NCBI RefSeq assembly: GCF_006345805.1
Contig: NW_021834144.1
Span: forward strand, 1-51,854
Direction: 5' to 3'
Origin: Octopus sinensis
Lineage: Eukaryota
Length of the DNA stretch: 51,854 bases
Positions 1-12,228 of this stretch are shown here, piece by piece (the first letter of the stretch is position 1; the number at the start of each line of letters is the position of its first letter). Position numbers and translations under genes: made by a program. The notes under the pieces were generated by a model, which was not told where the DNA came from, did not search any database, and saw nothing but the letters and a program-made list of their open reading frames with translations.

Positions 1-665
1 ACACCGCTTGAAGACGAGACTGACCAGGGGTTAAACAACAACAACACACCAACAACATTATACTGAAAGAATCAGAGTGCATACTTTTTGCCTTCTTCAT
101 TAAGGCCAGAATTACTAAGAAAGTACTACTTTTAGGAGTTGCTTTTCATTAGTACAAATTTCAGTTTCTCTTAATTACTAATCCAACAATTAGTATTATT
201 ACTAATCATGCTAAAAAGCAGTGTTAAAATGGACAAAATGCACAGCAGTATTTGTTGTGGATCTTTACAATCCAAGTTCTAATCCTTAGAGTTTCAGCCA
301 TCTGGGGTCAATAAAATAAGGCCCTCATCAAATACTGGGGTTGATGTAATGACTAATCCCCACCACCTTCTCCCAAATTATTGGCCTGGGGCCCAAATGA
401 GAAACTAATTATTGCAAATTATTTTGTATAAATTTTTATTGACTATGTAAAGATGACTTAAAACCTGTTCTTACTAACGACTTCAGATTTTGGCACAAGG
501 CCAGCAATTTTGCAGGAACTGGGTAAGTTGATTAAATCGACCCCAGTTTTCAACTGGTACTTATTTTACCGATCCCAATATTTGAACTTAGAATGTAGAG
601 ACAGACGAAATGCTGCTAAGTGTTTTGCCCCGTGTGCTAAAGGTTTGGTCAGCTTGCTGCCTTAA

Positions 666-886
666 CCCTTTCGTAACTGTATTTATTTTGAGATGCTCTG
701 TGTTTCTTTCAATTAATTTTAAATATAACAAAGAATTTAGTAAAATGACTTAGTCATCATTAAGCTAGTGTTAGGAACATAAATTGTGACTAAGGTTTGG
801 TGGAAGAGTTTAATTCAAAACTTATGAAAACAAGACATTTGTACTCAGAGGCAGAGCCAGTTTCAGCCGGGTTGGTAACGAAAGGG
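666..886. mobile_element. piggyBac-type MITE (221 bp)
   Basis: TTAA-CCCTTTCGT...ACGAAAGGG-CTAA termini. Confidence 0.75.
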
Positions 887-919
887 CTAAAGAAAAAAAA
901 GAAAAAACTTTTCTTAATA

Positions 920-1060
920 TAAGGTTGTCCCAAAAGTTCGTAGAAAGTCTTGGAAAATAATGGTCTTTATTTTGAGGAATAATTTTTGTTGTTTTTGTTA
1001 GTACTTGGCGAGTAAAAATTCAATTTTCGCAAGTGTTTACGAACTTTTGGGACAACCTAA
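920..1060. mobile_element. Mariner-derived MITE (141 bp)
   Basis: 23-bp TIRs T(A/T)AGGTTGTCCCAAAAGTTCGTA; TA on both sides (918-19, 1061-62). Confidence 0.85.
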
Positions 1061-2324
1061 TATTACTGACAAGAAATTTACATTGAAAATATATTTTTTT
1101 GCTTTTTAATAAAAATCGGTAAAATGAAAGAAAAAAAAATTTTTTAGATATCTTTATCCAAATAACATTTTGTATTTTACGGAATCTGTCCAGCATGGTT
1201 AGAAACACATAACTATTGATATCTGAAGGGAAATTAATCCTGTTTAGCAGCTTACTCTTAAATTAACTAAACATATATTGAAGAAACTTTGCATGGATAT
1301 TCCATATTTATATTCCAGATCTGTCAATTATTTTTTTATTTACTTATTTTAGCTAAAATAAATCAATAACAAGTACCAGAATAAAGCCCATTCAAAAGTT
1401 GACAAATATTATTAGAAAAAAGATTTATTGCAACAGAGAAACTATAATCTTTTTTTCCCCCATTTGTTGACTACAAAATCTTTGCTTTTCTCCCCCTCTT
1501 TTTTTTTTTTTTATTTTCTTAAGCAGGTTTATTTTTTTCTCTTTCTTTCTTTCTTTCTTACATCTTTTTTTTTTTTTAACCTACATTTCGAAGAGGAATC
1601 AATTTTCAAAGAAACATAGACACATATACGTTCACACACAACAAACATATACAAAACTATTGTAAGGGAGGTGGGAGGGTTAGTGGAGGAGGAGGAGGAA
1701 GAAGAAGAAGAAGAAAAAAAAAAGAGAATTAAAGAAACAGTATTAATGTGAGACAGAAAAACAAAAAACAATCATGCATTTTGAGATAATATTTTTTAAA
1801 TATATAATAAGGATGGGGGGGGGGTGCGTAAAAAAATTCAGCTAAAATATAAATCCTAAATCTATTCTATTAAGCAGCATTAATAGTAATTCCAATAATA
1901 TTTATAGGATCAGTGAAAGAACATTATCTATTTGTTTATTCATACTTTGCCTGCTAAGCCACAGATCTATCTGAGGGATCAGTTGACAACAACAATAACA
2001 ACAACAGCAAAAAAATAGGAAAAAAAAGCTACTTCTGGTACACTTTTCAAAGAGAGTAGTTATTTGTTTTTTGTTGTTTTCTTTAAAATTTATTAATTTT
2101 ATTCTGTTTATATATACATATTTGTGTGTGTGTGTGTATGTGTGTATATAGTGAGAGAGTAACATAAGCTATATATATATATCACTAACAGAGAAATAAT
2201 AGTGACTGATAAATTTTATCTTTAAAACTTATTTTCTTCTAAAGCATTGAGAGGCCACACAACAGCATTTATAATATTATCAATATCAATAATGAAAATA
2301 ACATTAATAATAATAATAATAATA

Positions 2325-2620
2325 ACTAGAATGTGGAATCTGAAAACAGAAACAATTCCTATCATAGTAGGTGCATTAGGCATGATAAAAAAATATTCTG
2401 ACAAATACATAACAAAAACACCAGGACTTACAAACACATATAACATACAGAAAATTGCACTACTAGGCACTGCACACATCCTACGCAGAACACTTTCCAT
2501 ACAATAACCATCAGAGCATCACAACAAATCACAGCACATACCCAAGGCACACACAGCTGCGCTCGGTAGTGAAGTGAAAGCACGCTATAAAAATAAAACT
2601 ACTGAATAATAATAATAATA
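2325..2620 (+). mobile_element. 5'-truncated R4/Dong-clade LINE (C-terminus and 3' UTR) in (TAA)n
   Basis: Peptide WNLKTETIPIIVGALGMIKK...IQKIALLGTAHILRRTL* is typical of R4/Dong C-termini; (TAA)n on both sides. Confidence 0.8.
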
Positions 2621-4183
2621 TCAATGATGATGATGATAATACTATTATTATTTAAAAAAAAAAATTTTATCTAGTTTCAGCTCACGAGCTGTGGCCATGC
2701 TGGGGCACACCGCCATTCAGAAATTACAAAAAAATTAGTATCATTATTGTTGTTGTTGTTGTTGTTATTATTATTTTCAGAATATACACACAAACTGGAA
2801 ATAAGATAACTGGCAGAAATTAGAAAGGAAAACTGCCGGAATAGATACCTTCTGAACAGCTAAAACCAAAAGAGAACGTACAGGGAAAACTTTTATGCCA
2901 TCTCAAACTGCAGACTTTGAAATAAGTTAATTTTGTCCCAAAAACTCAAGTCAAAAAAAAAGTATGGTAGACTTAAAGCGCTAACATTTTGAAATCTCAG
3001 ATTCCCTTTCCTTGATTTTGGCTTTCTTTTTTTCAAAGTTGTTTTTCTTTTCCTTTTTGTATTTGTTTTCAGAAATGTTTAAATGTTGTTTATATTGGAT
3101 AATGTGCAAGAAATTATAATGAGAAAGAAAATGAATGAAAAGCTAAGAGAAACAAGCATAAACAAAAAAAAAAACAAAAAAACAGAGAGAGTAAAGAAGG
3201 AAAAAATATTTAAAGTTAAAAAAAAAAGCGTAAGTTAGGGTGTGTGTATGGTGTGCTGTGCCATGAATGAAACGAGAGGAAGGAATGAAAGAATGAATGA
3301 ATGAATTAATTAATTAATGAATCAATCAATTAAGGTAAATGAAGGAATGAAACTGCCAATGGTCAGTAGGTGGTTGGTTGGTTGGTCGGTTGGTTGGTAG
3401 GTTGGCAACATTGTTGGCTCTCTATGATAGAAAGCAGAAGAACGAAGAACCGTCAAATGAAATCAACGAACAAACGAACGAATGAAAGAGAGGTTGCTTG
3501 AATGAAGTAACCAAAATCAGGTCCAGCAGATAAAACTGAATATTGACAGCATGTGACAGCTACCGATTCCGAAAACAATAATGACAAAGTAGATAGACAC
3601 GGCAAACCAAACCGGCCAGCCAGCCAGTTGGTCAACTAGTTGGATAGAATGAGAGAGAGAGAGAGACAGAGAATGGCTAATGTAGCTAATAAAAACATGC
3701 AAACAGACACCGATACACATAAAACATATACATACATATATATATATATATGTATATATATGTATATATATATGTATGTATATATATGTATATATATGCT
3801 GGACTATAAATGCTAATAACAATAATTGGAAAGCAATGACAAATTACAGCAAAGGAGGAGGAAGAGGATGAGGAAGAAGAGAAACTCATGAATGAGGAGA
3901 GGCAAGAGGAGGAGTGGGGGAGGGGGTGATTTAATAAGACTGAATGAAAATCACTGCCAATCTACAGCTGCTGTTGTTTCCGTCTTCCTTTTCTTTCTTT
4001 CGATGATACGGGGACGGGGCGGGGGTTTAAAAATAAATAAATAAGAAACAAATAAATGAAAACAACAACAAAGAAGAAAGAAAAAAATAAAGGAAAATCA
4101 CACGAAATAAAAGGAAAGAAAATTTATGCATGTGTGCGTATCACTGTGTGTGTGTGTGTGTGTGTGTATCATATATATATATA

Positions 4184-4214
<31 letters not shown>

Positions 4215-4225
4215 TTTTATATTTA

Positions 4226-4303
<78 letters not shown>

Positions 4304-4353
4304 TATATATAATCATCATTTAGTACAGACAATAAATGATGATGATGATTATG

Positions 4354-4392
<39 letters not shown>

Positions 4393-4764
4393 TTATATAC
4401 AGAGAACTTTTTTTGCTGCAAAACCTAATGACGGGGAAGTTACTAAAAGAAGGAAGACAAACAGACAGACAGACTAAGTTTGGAACCTGATAATTGTAAA
4501 TTCAGTTTTACACATGATTTCTTTAGTTGAAATTACTTTTCTATTATCATATCTTCTGCATAAGGCAGCGAACTGGCAGAACTGTTTAACACACTGGGCA
4601 GAACGCTCAGCAGCATTCCAGCATCTCTTTACATTCTAAGTTTAAATTCTGCCCAAGTCAACGATACATTTTCATCCGTTTTAGGGGGTTGATAAAGTAT
4701 CAGTTGAAAACTGAGATCAATGTAATCAATTTCCACCCTCCCACCACAAATTTCAGGATTATTA

Positions 4765-5825
4765 TTACCTCTGCCTTAGCGAAGGCAGAGATATTGTTTT
4801 CAGTTGTGTTTGTTTACTTGTTTGTCCATGGACAAGATATCCGAAGAAGCGCTGGATGGATTTGCATGAAACTTCCAGGGATGTTTGGCTTCATGACTGG
4901 CAGATTAGATTTTGGAATCAATCTGGTACCAGACAAGGATTCTGGATTATTTGTTATATTTACTTTATATTACATGAAGTATTATGATCTTATGTTGACT
5001 TTCAAGTCTTTCTCTGATTATCTCCCTTGAAAGCATGATCATAGTTTCCATATAAGTTATGGCAGTGTTGCTGTTTCCAAAGTATTTTCTTTCTCTATTA
5101 TTAATTTTACCCACGTCTCTATCTTAGTAGAAACTGATGGATAAAGAAATCAAATTGCATAAACAAACAGTGGTAAAACTGTTCAGAAATTAAATAACAC
5201 TAACATATTCAGTAATAATAATAAACTTAATTTATCCTTGACAATTTTTAGTTTTACCAATTTTGAATATATTGCTCCTGTTTAAAACCTCTTACCTACT
5301 TGCTAATTGCATTTCTAGCTCTGCCTTGAAGGAAGCTTTACTTCTTGGACTCATGTTTTTGTGTGCAATGATGTTGTTAAACCTCTGTTAACAGCACTGT
5401 ATGCAGGTCCTTTCCATTTTCTTTCGTGCATGGATAAATTTTACACTATAGACCTTAATGGTCGTAAAGACACTATATCAGTGGATAGACTAAAAAAGGC
5501 CTTCATAGAGAAAGCTGTCCCTGTCCCCACTGCAGACGACACACACTCACACAGCATTACAAACACGGCCCACACACCCACCTTCACATTCCATGACGAC
5601 CACTGGGATCAATCAGGTACGGGACAAGGATTCTAGATTATTCTTCCATTTTTTTTTTTTTACTTAATTTTTGAAAACAATCGCGTTCATTTTGAGTATT
5701 CTCGTATGTGAGAGCAGTTGAGTTTACTTCAGACATTCTCATTTTCAAAAATCATCTCCGTCTAATTGTTGAGAGAGCATCGGTGTTGCCTTGGTGGAGG
5801 CTTGCTCTCTCTGAGTGCTCTTGTT
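4765..5825 (+). mobile_element. Helentron-associated (HINE/DINE-like) non-autonomous element
   Basis: 5' TTACCTCTGCC within hairpin CTCTGCCTT/AAGGCAGAG; 3' subterminal TTGGTGGAGG (5791-5800) then short hairpin and GTT; T-rich (ATT)n flanks. Confidence 0.55.
5340..5515 (+). pseudogene. Ty3/Gypsy integrase C-terminal (GPY/F) fragment
   Basis: THVFVCNDVVKPLLTALYAGPFHFL...KFYTIDLNGRKDTISVDRLKKAF. Confidence 0.8.
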
Positions 5826-5965
5826 ATTATTATTATATTTGTTATTATTATTGTCAACCCCAAAAAGGATGAAATGTATAGCTGATTTGGGCAAAATTTA
5901 AACTTAGAATGTAAAGAGAGATAGAATGCTGAAAGTATATACAATATAAAATAAAACAAAGAAAG

Positions 5966-6348
5966 AGGAGTGGTTGTGTGGTAAGTAGCTTGCTAACCAA
6001 CCACATGGTTCCGGGTTCAGTCCCACTGCGTGGCATCTTGGGCAAGTGTCTTCTGCTATAGCCCCGGGCCGACCAAAGACTTGTGAGTGGATTTGGTAGA
6101 CGGAAACTGAAAGAAGCCTGTCGTATATATATGTATGTGTGTGTGTGTGTCTGTCCCCCTAGCATTGCTTGACAACCGATGCTGGTGTGTTTACGTCCCC
6201 GTCACTTAGCAGTTTGGCAAATGAGACCGATAGAATAAATACTGGGCTTACAAAGAATAAGTCCCGGGGTCGATTTGCTCGACTAAAGGCGGTGCTCCAG
6301 CATGGCTGCAGTCAAAAGACTGAAACAAGTAAAAGAGTAAAAGAGAGA
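5966..6348 (+). mobile_element. tRNA-derived SINE family A
   Basis: A-box-like TGG(C/T)TGTGTGG, B-box-like GGTTCAGTCC, internal TA/TG microsatellite, (TAAAAGAG)n tail; many near-identical copies in window. Confidence 0.9.
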
Positions 6349-6780
6349 GTATACATAGTATACAATAGTAAAAAAAAATTATTATTATTAATAATAATAA
6401 TAATAAATCAAGAATGGTTATGGGTTTGAACGATGCCTTTCTTCACGGGTCTGCTCAATTACAGCTGACCTAAGGCTAAGCAACAATAACACACACAAAC
6501 ATAAACACAGAAGAATGAATCTTTACAGCGACAGCAAATGAAACTAGACACAGTTTACAATGTCTGGATGAGTCACCAGCTTTTATCTCACGACTATACA
6601 AGACTTCAAAAACAACAGTTCCAGATTTCACTGACATCTATATAATACAGGTACAACATCAATTTTCCAGAATCTTTGGTTCCAAAGGATTTCTGAATTA
6701 GTGGGGTTTTTTTCCGAACCAGGGGTGATCACCAATCTCAACACACTTTGAATCAAACAAATATTTAATGTACTTATAGA

Positions 6781-7204
6781 TGCAGATGTGGTTGTGTGAT
6801 AAGAACACTATTTCATAGCCAGATGGTTCCGGGTTCATTGTAACTGTACGGCACCTTGGGCAAGTGTCTTCTACTATAGCTTTGGGCTAACCAAAGCTTT
6901 GTGAATGGATTTGGTAGACTCAATCTGAAAGAAGCCTGTTATATATATATATATAGATATAGATAGATAGATACATACATACATAGAAAGATAGATAGAT
7001 ATAGATAACCTGTTTTATATATAGACAGATAGACAGAAACAGGTGCAGACGTGGCTGCGTGGTAAGAAGCTTGCTTCGCAACCTCATGGTTCTAGGTTCA
7101 GTCCCACCATGTTGCACCTTGGGCAAGTGTCTTCTACTATAGCCTTGGGCTGACCAAAGCCTTGTGAGTGAATTTTGTAGATAGAAACTAAAAGAAGCCC
7201 ATCA

Positions 7205-7225
<21 letters not shown>
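6781..7225 (+). mobile_element. Two tandem 5'-half SINE A copies
   Basis: Head to GAAAGAAGCC repeated, each ending at the internal microsatellite. Confidence 0.8.
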
Positions 7226-7242
<17 letters not shown>

Positions 7243-7979
7243 ATATCATCATCATCGTTTAACGTTCATTTCCCATGCTGGCATGGGTTGGATGGTTCAA
7301 CTGGGGCCTGGGAAGCCAGGAGGCTACACCAGGCCCCAGTCTGATCTCACACTGCTTCTACAGCTGAATGCCCTTCCTATCGCCAACCACTCAGAGAGTG
7401 TAGTGGGTGTTTTTTACGTGCCACCAGCACAATGGGCCAGAGGAGCTGACATCGACCACAATCGGATGGTGCTTTTTACGTGCCACCAACATGGAAACCA
7501 GTGAAGGCGGCACTTGCACCAGCCATGTTCAGATGGTGCTTTTTACATGCTACCGGCACAGGGCTCACAACTTCATTGCCGTCATTACCGTTAGCATTTG
7601 GTGCACCTATAATCAGTAACAGACTTTCTCTTTGTTTTTTTTACACTTCCATATAAGGCTGTCTGATGTTGTAACATTGAATTTCTTTCATTACATGCAC
7701 GGTCACCAGCAATGGGGGAGATGGTGTTGGTTGTTGTATTATATTCAAGACAGCATTGAACTCCAGTAAATAGGAGTGAAAATAAGGCTTGGCCAACTAA
7801 ATCAGAAACTGACCCAGAACCAAACAAACCAGTTAGAGAAAGGGAAAGTGTTTGGGGGGAGCAGGGCTCCTATTCTTTTAAATGTTACTAATGAGATGAC
7901 ATTAGTTGATGAAAGGACACAAAAATGGTAATTAAGAAAAAAAAAAGAAAAAAAAAGAACAAAAAAAAAAGATAAGAAA

Positions 7980-8112
7980 TTAATTGCTTCTGAATAAGTA
8001 TTGGGAGGTGCTAAGTTTTCTTTGCAACGATGGTTTTGGAGTTCCATCCCAATGCATGGCACCTTGAAAAAGTGTTTTTAATGAGAAGATTGCATTGTCC
8101 AGATGACTTCTT
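7980..8112 (-). CDS. Candidate terminal coding exon (RSHLDNAIFSLKTLFQGAMHWDGTPKPSLQRKLSTSQYLFRSN*)
   Basis: Acceptor TTTTTGCTTACCAAATTTCACTTAG, phase 2 matching the upstream exon, 43 non-repetitive codons to TAA. Confidence 0.42.
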
Positions 8113-8967
8113 CTAAGTGAAATTTGGTAAGCAAAAATTAGAGGGAAACTTGTCATGTATGTGTGTGCAGCCCTTCTCTCTCTCTTTCTCTCTCTCTCTC
8201 TACACACACACGAACACATACATACATACACACATATATATATACACACTCACATCAAATTAAATACACAACCAAAAGAGTTACTAATAGTTTCATGTTA
8301 TTATTTCACTTGAACAGGCATAGAAAAGATACATGTTCAAGTGACATAACAACATGAAACTATTCATAGTCACTCCCTCTCTCTCTCTTTCTCACAGGGT
8401 AACCATGTACCTCCTCTATATCAAGACACCTATTTCTGCCTCCCTATTTTTCTGTCACACTCTTACCTCTCATCATCTGATACTGGATCACCTCCTCCAA
8501 TACCTACCGCAATTATAGCCAGACACCTGTTTCTGCCTCTCTGTTATTCTCTAACCTTACATCCTCTGACATGAATTCCCCTTCTCAAATGTCTCTGTCC
8601 CTCTCATAATTCCTTGTCTTGTGAGCTACTTGGTGCCCCTGTCAGTGCTGGTGCCATGTAAAAAGCATCCAGTCCACACTATAAAGTGGTTGGCGTTTGG
8701 AAGGGCATGCCAAAACTAACCTTGCCTGTACTAGTGCCACTCTGCAGAGTGTTTGTGTTAGGAAGGGCATCCACCCCCAAAAAACCCTGCCAAAACAGAT
8801 AATAGCATAGGGTAGATTTTTCTACCTGGCCAGCTCCTGTGAGCTGTCCTACCAATGCATGCATGGAAGATGGACTTTAAGCGATGATGATATATATATA
8901 CACACACACACACACATTCTGTAAAAAAATTCCCATTCTCTCGAAAGTTTATAAATTCTTAAGATGT

Positions 8968-8998
<31 letters not shown>

Positions 8999-9012
8999 AC
9001 ATATTATATATA

Positions 9013-9418
9013 GGCGCAGGAGTGGCTGTGTGGTAAGTAGCTTGCTAACCAACCACATGGGTTCAGTCCCACTGCGTGGCATCTTGGGCAAGTGTCTTCT
9101 GCTATAGCCCCAGGCCGACCAATGCCTTGTGAGTGGATTTGGTAGACAGAAACTGAAAGAAGCCTGTCGTATATATGTATGTATATATGTGTATGTGTGT
9201 GTGTGTGTTTGTGTGTCTGTGTTTGTCCCCATAGCATTGCTTGACAACCGATGCTGGTGTGTTTACGTTCCCGTCACCTAGCGGTTCGGCAAAAGAGACC
9301 GATAGAATAAGTACTGGGCTTACAAAGAATAAGTCCTGGGGTCGACTTGCTCGACTAAAGGCGGTGCTCCAGCATGGCCACAGTCAAATGACTGAAACAA
9401 GTGAAAGAGAGTAAAAGA
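9013..9418 (+). mobile_element. SINE family A, full length, in (TA)n
   Basis: Matches family consensus from GGCGCAGGAG to tail. Confidence 0.9.
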
Positions 9419-9676
9419 TATATATATATATATATATATTTGTAGTGCAGTATATGGCTTCATGGAATCCTGTGGCAATCACAGAAAAGCTCCTCTAGCA
9501 GACCCAGCTACTGTACCACATCATAATCCAGTATGGAAGACTATAATGCAGAGTTCTATGCTACTGAAATCCAGTAGATCCAATCTATAAAATTATTCCA
9601 TGACATGTATATAGAACATAAAAAGTTAGGAGATATAAGAGGTGAGCATATTTATTCAACCATTTGATATCCATAG

Positions 9677-9831
9677 GATTACAGCTGTTTCGCAGCCTTC
9701 CTCATGTAATAATAATTTCAGTGTACAATAAATTATTTTACATGTCTGCACTAATATGCATGCTACGCATTACACAGTACAATTGTATAATTACAAGTCA
9801 ATGCAAATATAGAAGGCTTGCTCTTCAGATC
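9677..9831 (-). ncRNA. Type I hammerhead ribozyme with long stem II loop and palindromic stem III
   Basis: Minus strand: GAT-CTGAAGA-GCAAGCCTTC...GAAGGCTGC-GAAA-CAGCTG-TA-ATC. Core intact; stem III ACAGCTGT is self-complementary. Confidence 0.75.
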
Positions 9832-10897
9832 ACCAGAACACCATAGTTACACCAATTCTTCAACTCTGCAGGTTAGCTGAAAGACGGTGCATTTCAACAG
9901 AAATTTGGTAACAAAAGGGCTAATCGTAAAACAAGTGAAGGCTGAGAACAGCAAGGATTTGCAGCCATAGTATACTGCCTCAGTAGGTCTCATCTAACCC
10001 ATGCCAACATAGAAACAGTAACATAAAAGTACTGATCATGATAATGAGGATGGTGGTGGTGGTGGTGGTGGTAGTGGTGGTTTCGATATTAATTCAGTCA
10101 TTCTTATAGAAATTCTGTCTGCAGATAAATGTAAGCTTTTACTTTGAGCTAAGTAGAAGGATATAGCAAAACAGGAAGCTATTTAGCACACAATGGTTGA
10201 TGAAGTCCATGGCTTTCTATTACACACACACACACACAGACCATAATCTAACCTTACCATCATCATCATCATCATCATCTTCAGAACTTATTGCAAAAGG
10301 ATTTTCATCTTCAGAAGTTTTATCACTGCATCTTCGGGAGTAGATGCAGTTGTATAACATCGGTTGTCATAGCAACTGTCTCCATAGTAAAGAGAAGTTT
10401 GCTCAGAGGTAATGTCTTCCAAAGATTTATTTGCAAGATTAACGTAGCTTAACACTCATCCCTACCACCCACACTGCTTCACACCCACTCTCCTAGAAAG
10501 TTACCATGGGATTGCACCTAGAAAGTTCCCTTCTGAGGCAAAAGCCCAGGCAAGGTTGTTTATGGAAGCCCAGCAGTCGCCCGTGCATACCAGCCTTTCC
10601 TCTAAATGACACCAAGGGAAAGGCAAAGGCTGATACAGCTTGGCACCAGTGATGTGTCATAATTCATTTCTACAGATGTGTGAACTGAAGCAACATGAAA
10701 TAAAATGTCTTGCTCAAGAACACAACACAGCCTGGTCCAAGAATCAACCTCACTACCACATGACTGTGAGCTCAACACTCAAACCACTGAGCCATGTGCC
10801 TTTACATTTGTTAAAATCTAATGTGCAATAAATTGGTTATGTTTCTAAAATACACAAAATATTTTAACAATTATTTTTTATACAATTCCTTGTAATA

Positions 10898-11298
10898 GGT
10901 GCAGGAGTGGCTGTGTGACAAGTAGCTTGCTAACCAGCCACATGGTTCTGGGTTCAGTCCCACTGCGTGGCATCTTGGGCAAGTGTCTTCTGCTATAGCC
11001 CCAGGCCGACCAATGACTTGTGAGTGGATTTGGTAGATGGAAACTGAAAGAAGCCTGTCGTATATATGTATATATGTATGTGTGTGTTTGTGTGTCTGTG
11101 TTTGTCCCCCTAGCATTGCTTGACAACCGATGCTGGTGTGTTTACGTCCCTGTCACTTAGCGGTTCGGCAAAAGAGACCGATAGAATAAGTACTGGGCTT
11201 ACAAAGAATAAGTCCCAGGGTCGATTAGCTCGACTAAAGGCGGTGCTCCAGCATGGCCGCAGTCAAATGACTGAAACAAGTAAAAGAGTAAAAAGAGT
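10898..11298 (+). mobile_element. SINE family A, full length
   Basis: Matches family consensus. Confidence 0.9.
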
Positions 11299-11324
11299 AA
11301 TATTTAATTATAAAAGTATAATAG

Positions 11325-11417
11325 GATCTTTTAAAACATCAATTGGCTACGAGGGTCCACTAGAGTAAAATAGCAATCAAAGGAATCCATAGGTAAAAAA
11401 ATGGTTAAGAACCACTG
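11325..11417. mobile_element. hAT/Charlie-type terminal fragment
   Basis: Ends GGTTAAGAACCACTG (reverse of CAGTGGTTCTTAACC). A related end CAGTGGGCTCTCAATC is at 13538. Confidence 0.45.
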
Positions 11418-11479
11418 CTTTATATTAACACAGAATGTATGAAAGAAGAACTAAAAGTCTGAAAATAAGAATGGACATT

Positions 11480-11981
11480 CTGCGTCCCCAAAATCCATCC
11501 CCTCCTCACCGTGGTGGGGACGCTGGCAACAGGTAGTGTCAGAGCTATGCCGTCGGGAACTTTGGTTCCTGGTAGAGCCACCCAAGGCGGATTGATCTGA
11601 CACCGAGTGGTATTAGGGCCACAATCCGGCAGACGGGGCTCTGGTGAAAATTCTCTTTGGTTCCTGGTAGGGCCACCCAAGGCAGATTGGACTGACACCG
11701 AGTGGTATTAGGGCCACAATCCGGCAGACGGGGCTCTGGTGAAAATTCTCAGAGTGTCTGTTTTGGCAACTGGTGGCTCCTCGGTCGTTCTGTCCCTGCA
11801 TCTGCGGACAATCTGCGGCAAACAGGATGTCTCTACATGCGGGATTGTTGGGGACCGCTTGTGAAATTCATATTCCCCACGAAACTTCTTCCACTGCCAT
11901 GGTTCGAGATGCCTCGAGGGTGGCGGAAGAAGCTGACTCAACCCACCCAGGGTGAATGTCACCACAAGTACAAGTAAGTAA
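11480..11981 (+). mobile_element. Non-autonomous bipartite RTE-like retroelement with internal 95-bp tandem duplication
   Basis: GACATT TSD at 11474-79 and 11982-87; (TAAG)-like tail; 95-bp units 11561-11655 and 11656-11750. Motif GAGCTATGCCG...AGGGCCACCCAAG recalled from RTE (BovB/Rex3) 5' UTRs. Confidence 0.65.
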
Positions 11982-12178
11982 GACATTTAAGATAATCTTA
12001 TAAACAGGCTTTGGGCAGGCAAAGTTTTTAAAACTGTTATGGCTGTGGTTAATCAGCTATAGATAAAAAAACATAAAGAGTACCTAGCCAGTTTGCTTAG
12101 CAACAACAACTCAGAAAACATATGTTGAAATGAAAGGTAATTCATAAATGGTTTGTAATGCGACTCTTTTCTCTCTCA

Positions 12179-12228
<50 letters not shown>

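Noticed and set aside
3951-3996. Further alternative last exon KKRKTETTAAVDWQ*
   Set aside because: AAG acceptor in atypical context; a short frame is compatible by chance.
5854-6429. Recurrent ORFs such as RLPNPLT...SGTEPGTMW and MTTDAGVFTS suggesting a gene family
   Set aside because: They are translations of SINE family A copies.
10258-10445. Minus-strand exon ending in poly-Asp with GTAAGG donor
   Set aside because: No convincing acceptor; the poly-Asp comes from a (CAT)n microsatellite; phase does not fit the exon chain.
11605-11655. Pistol ribozyme (GTGGT-ATTAGG-GCCAC resembles pistol P1)
   Set aside because: The downstream conserved pistol core and P3 are not evident. An HDV-like fold at 11482-11530 also failed because L3/P3 geometry does not fit.
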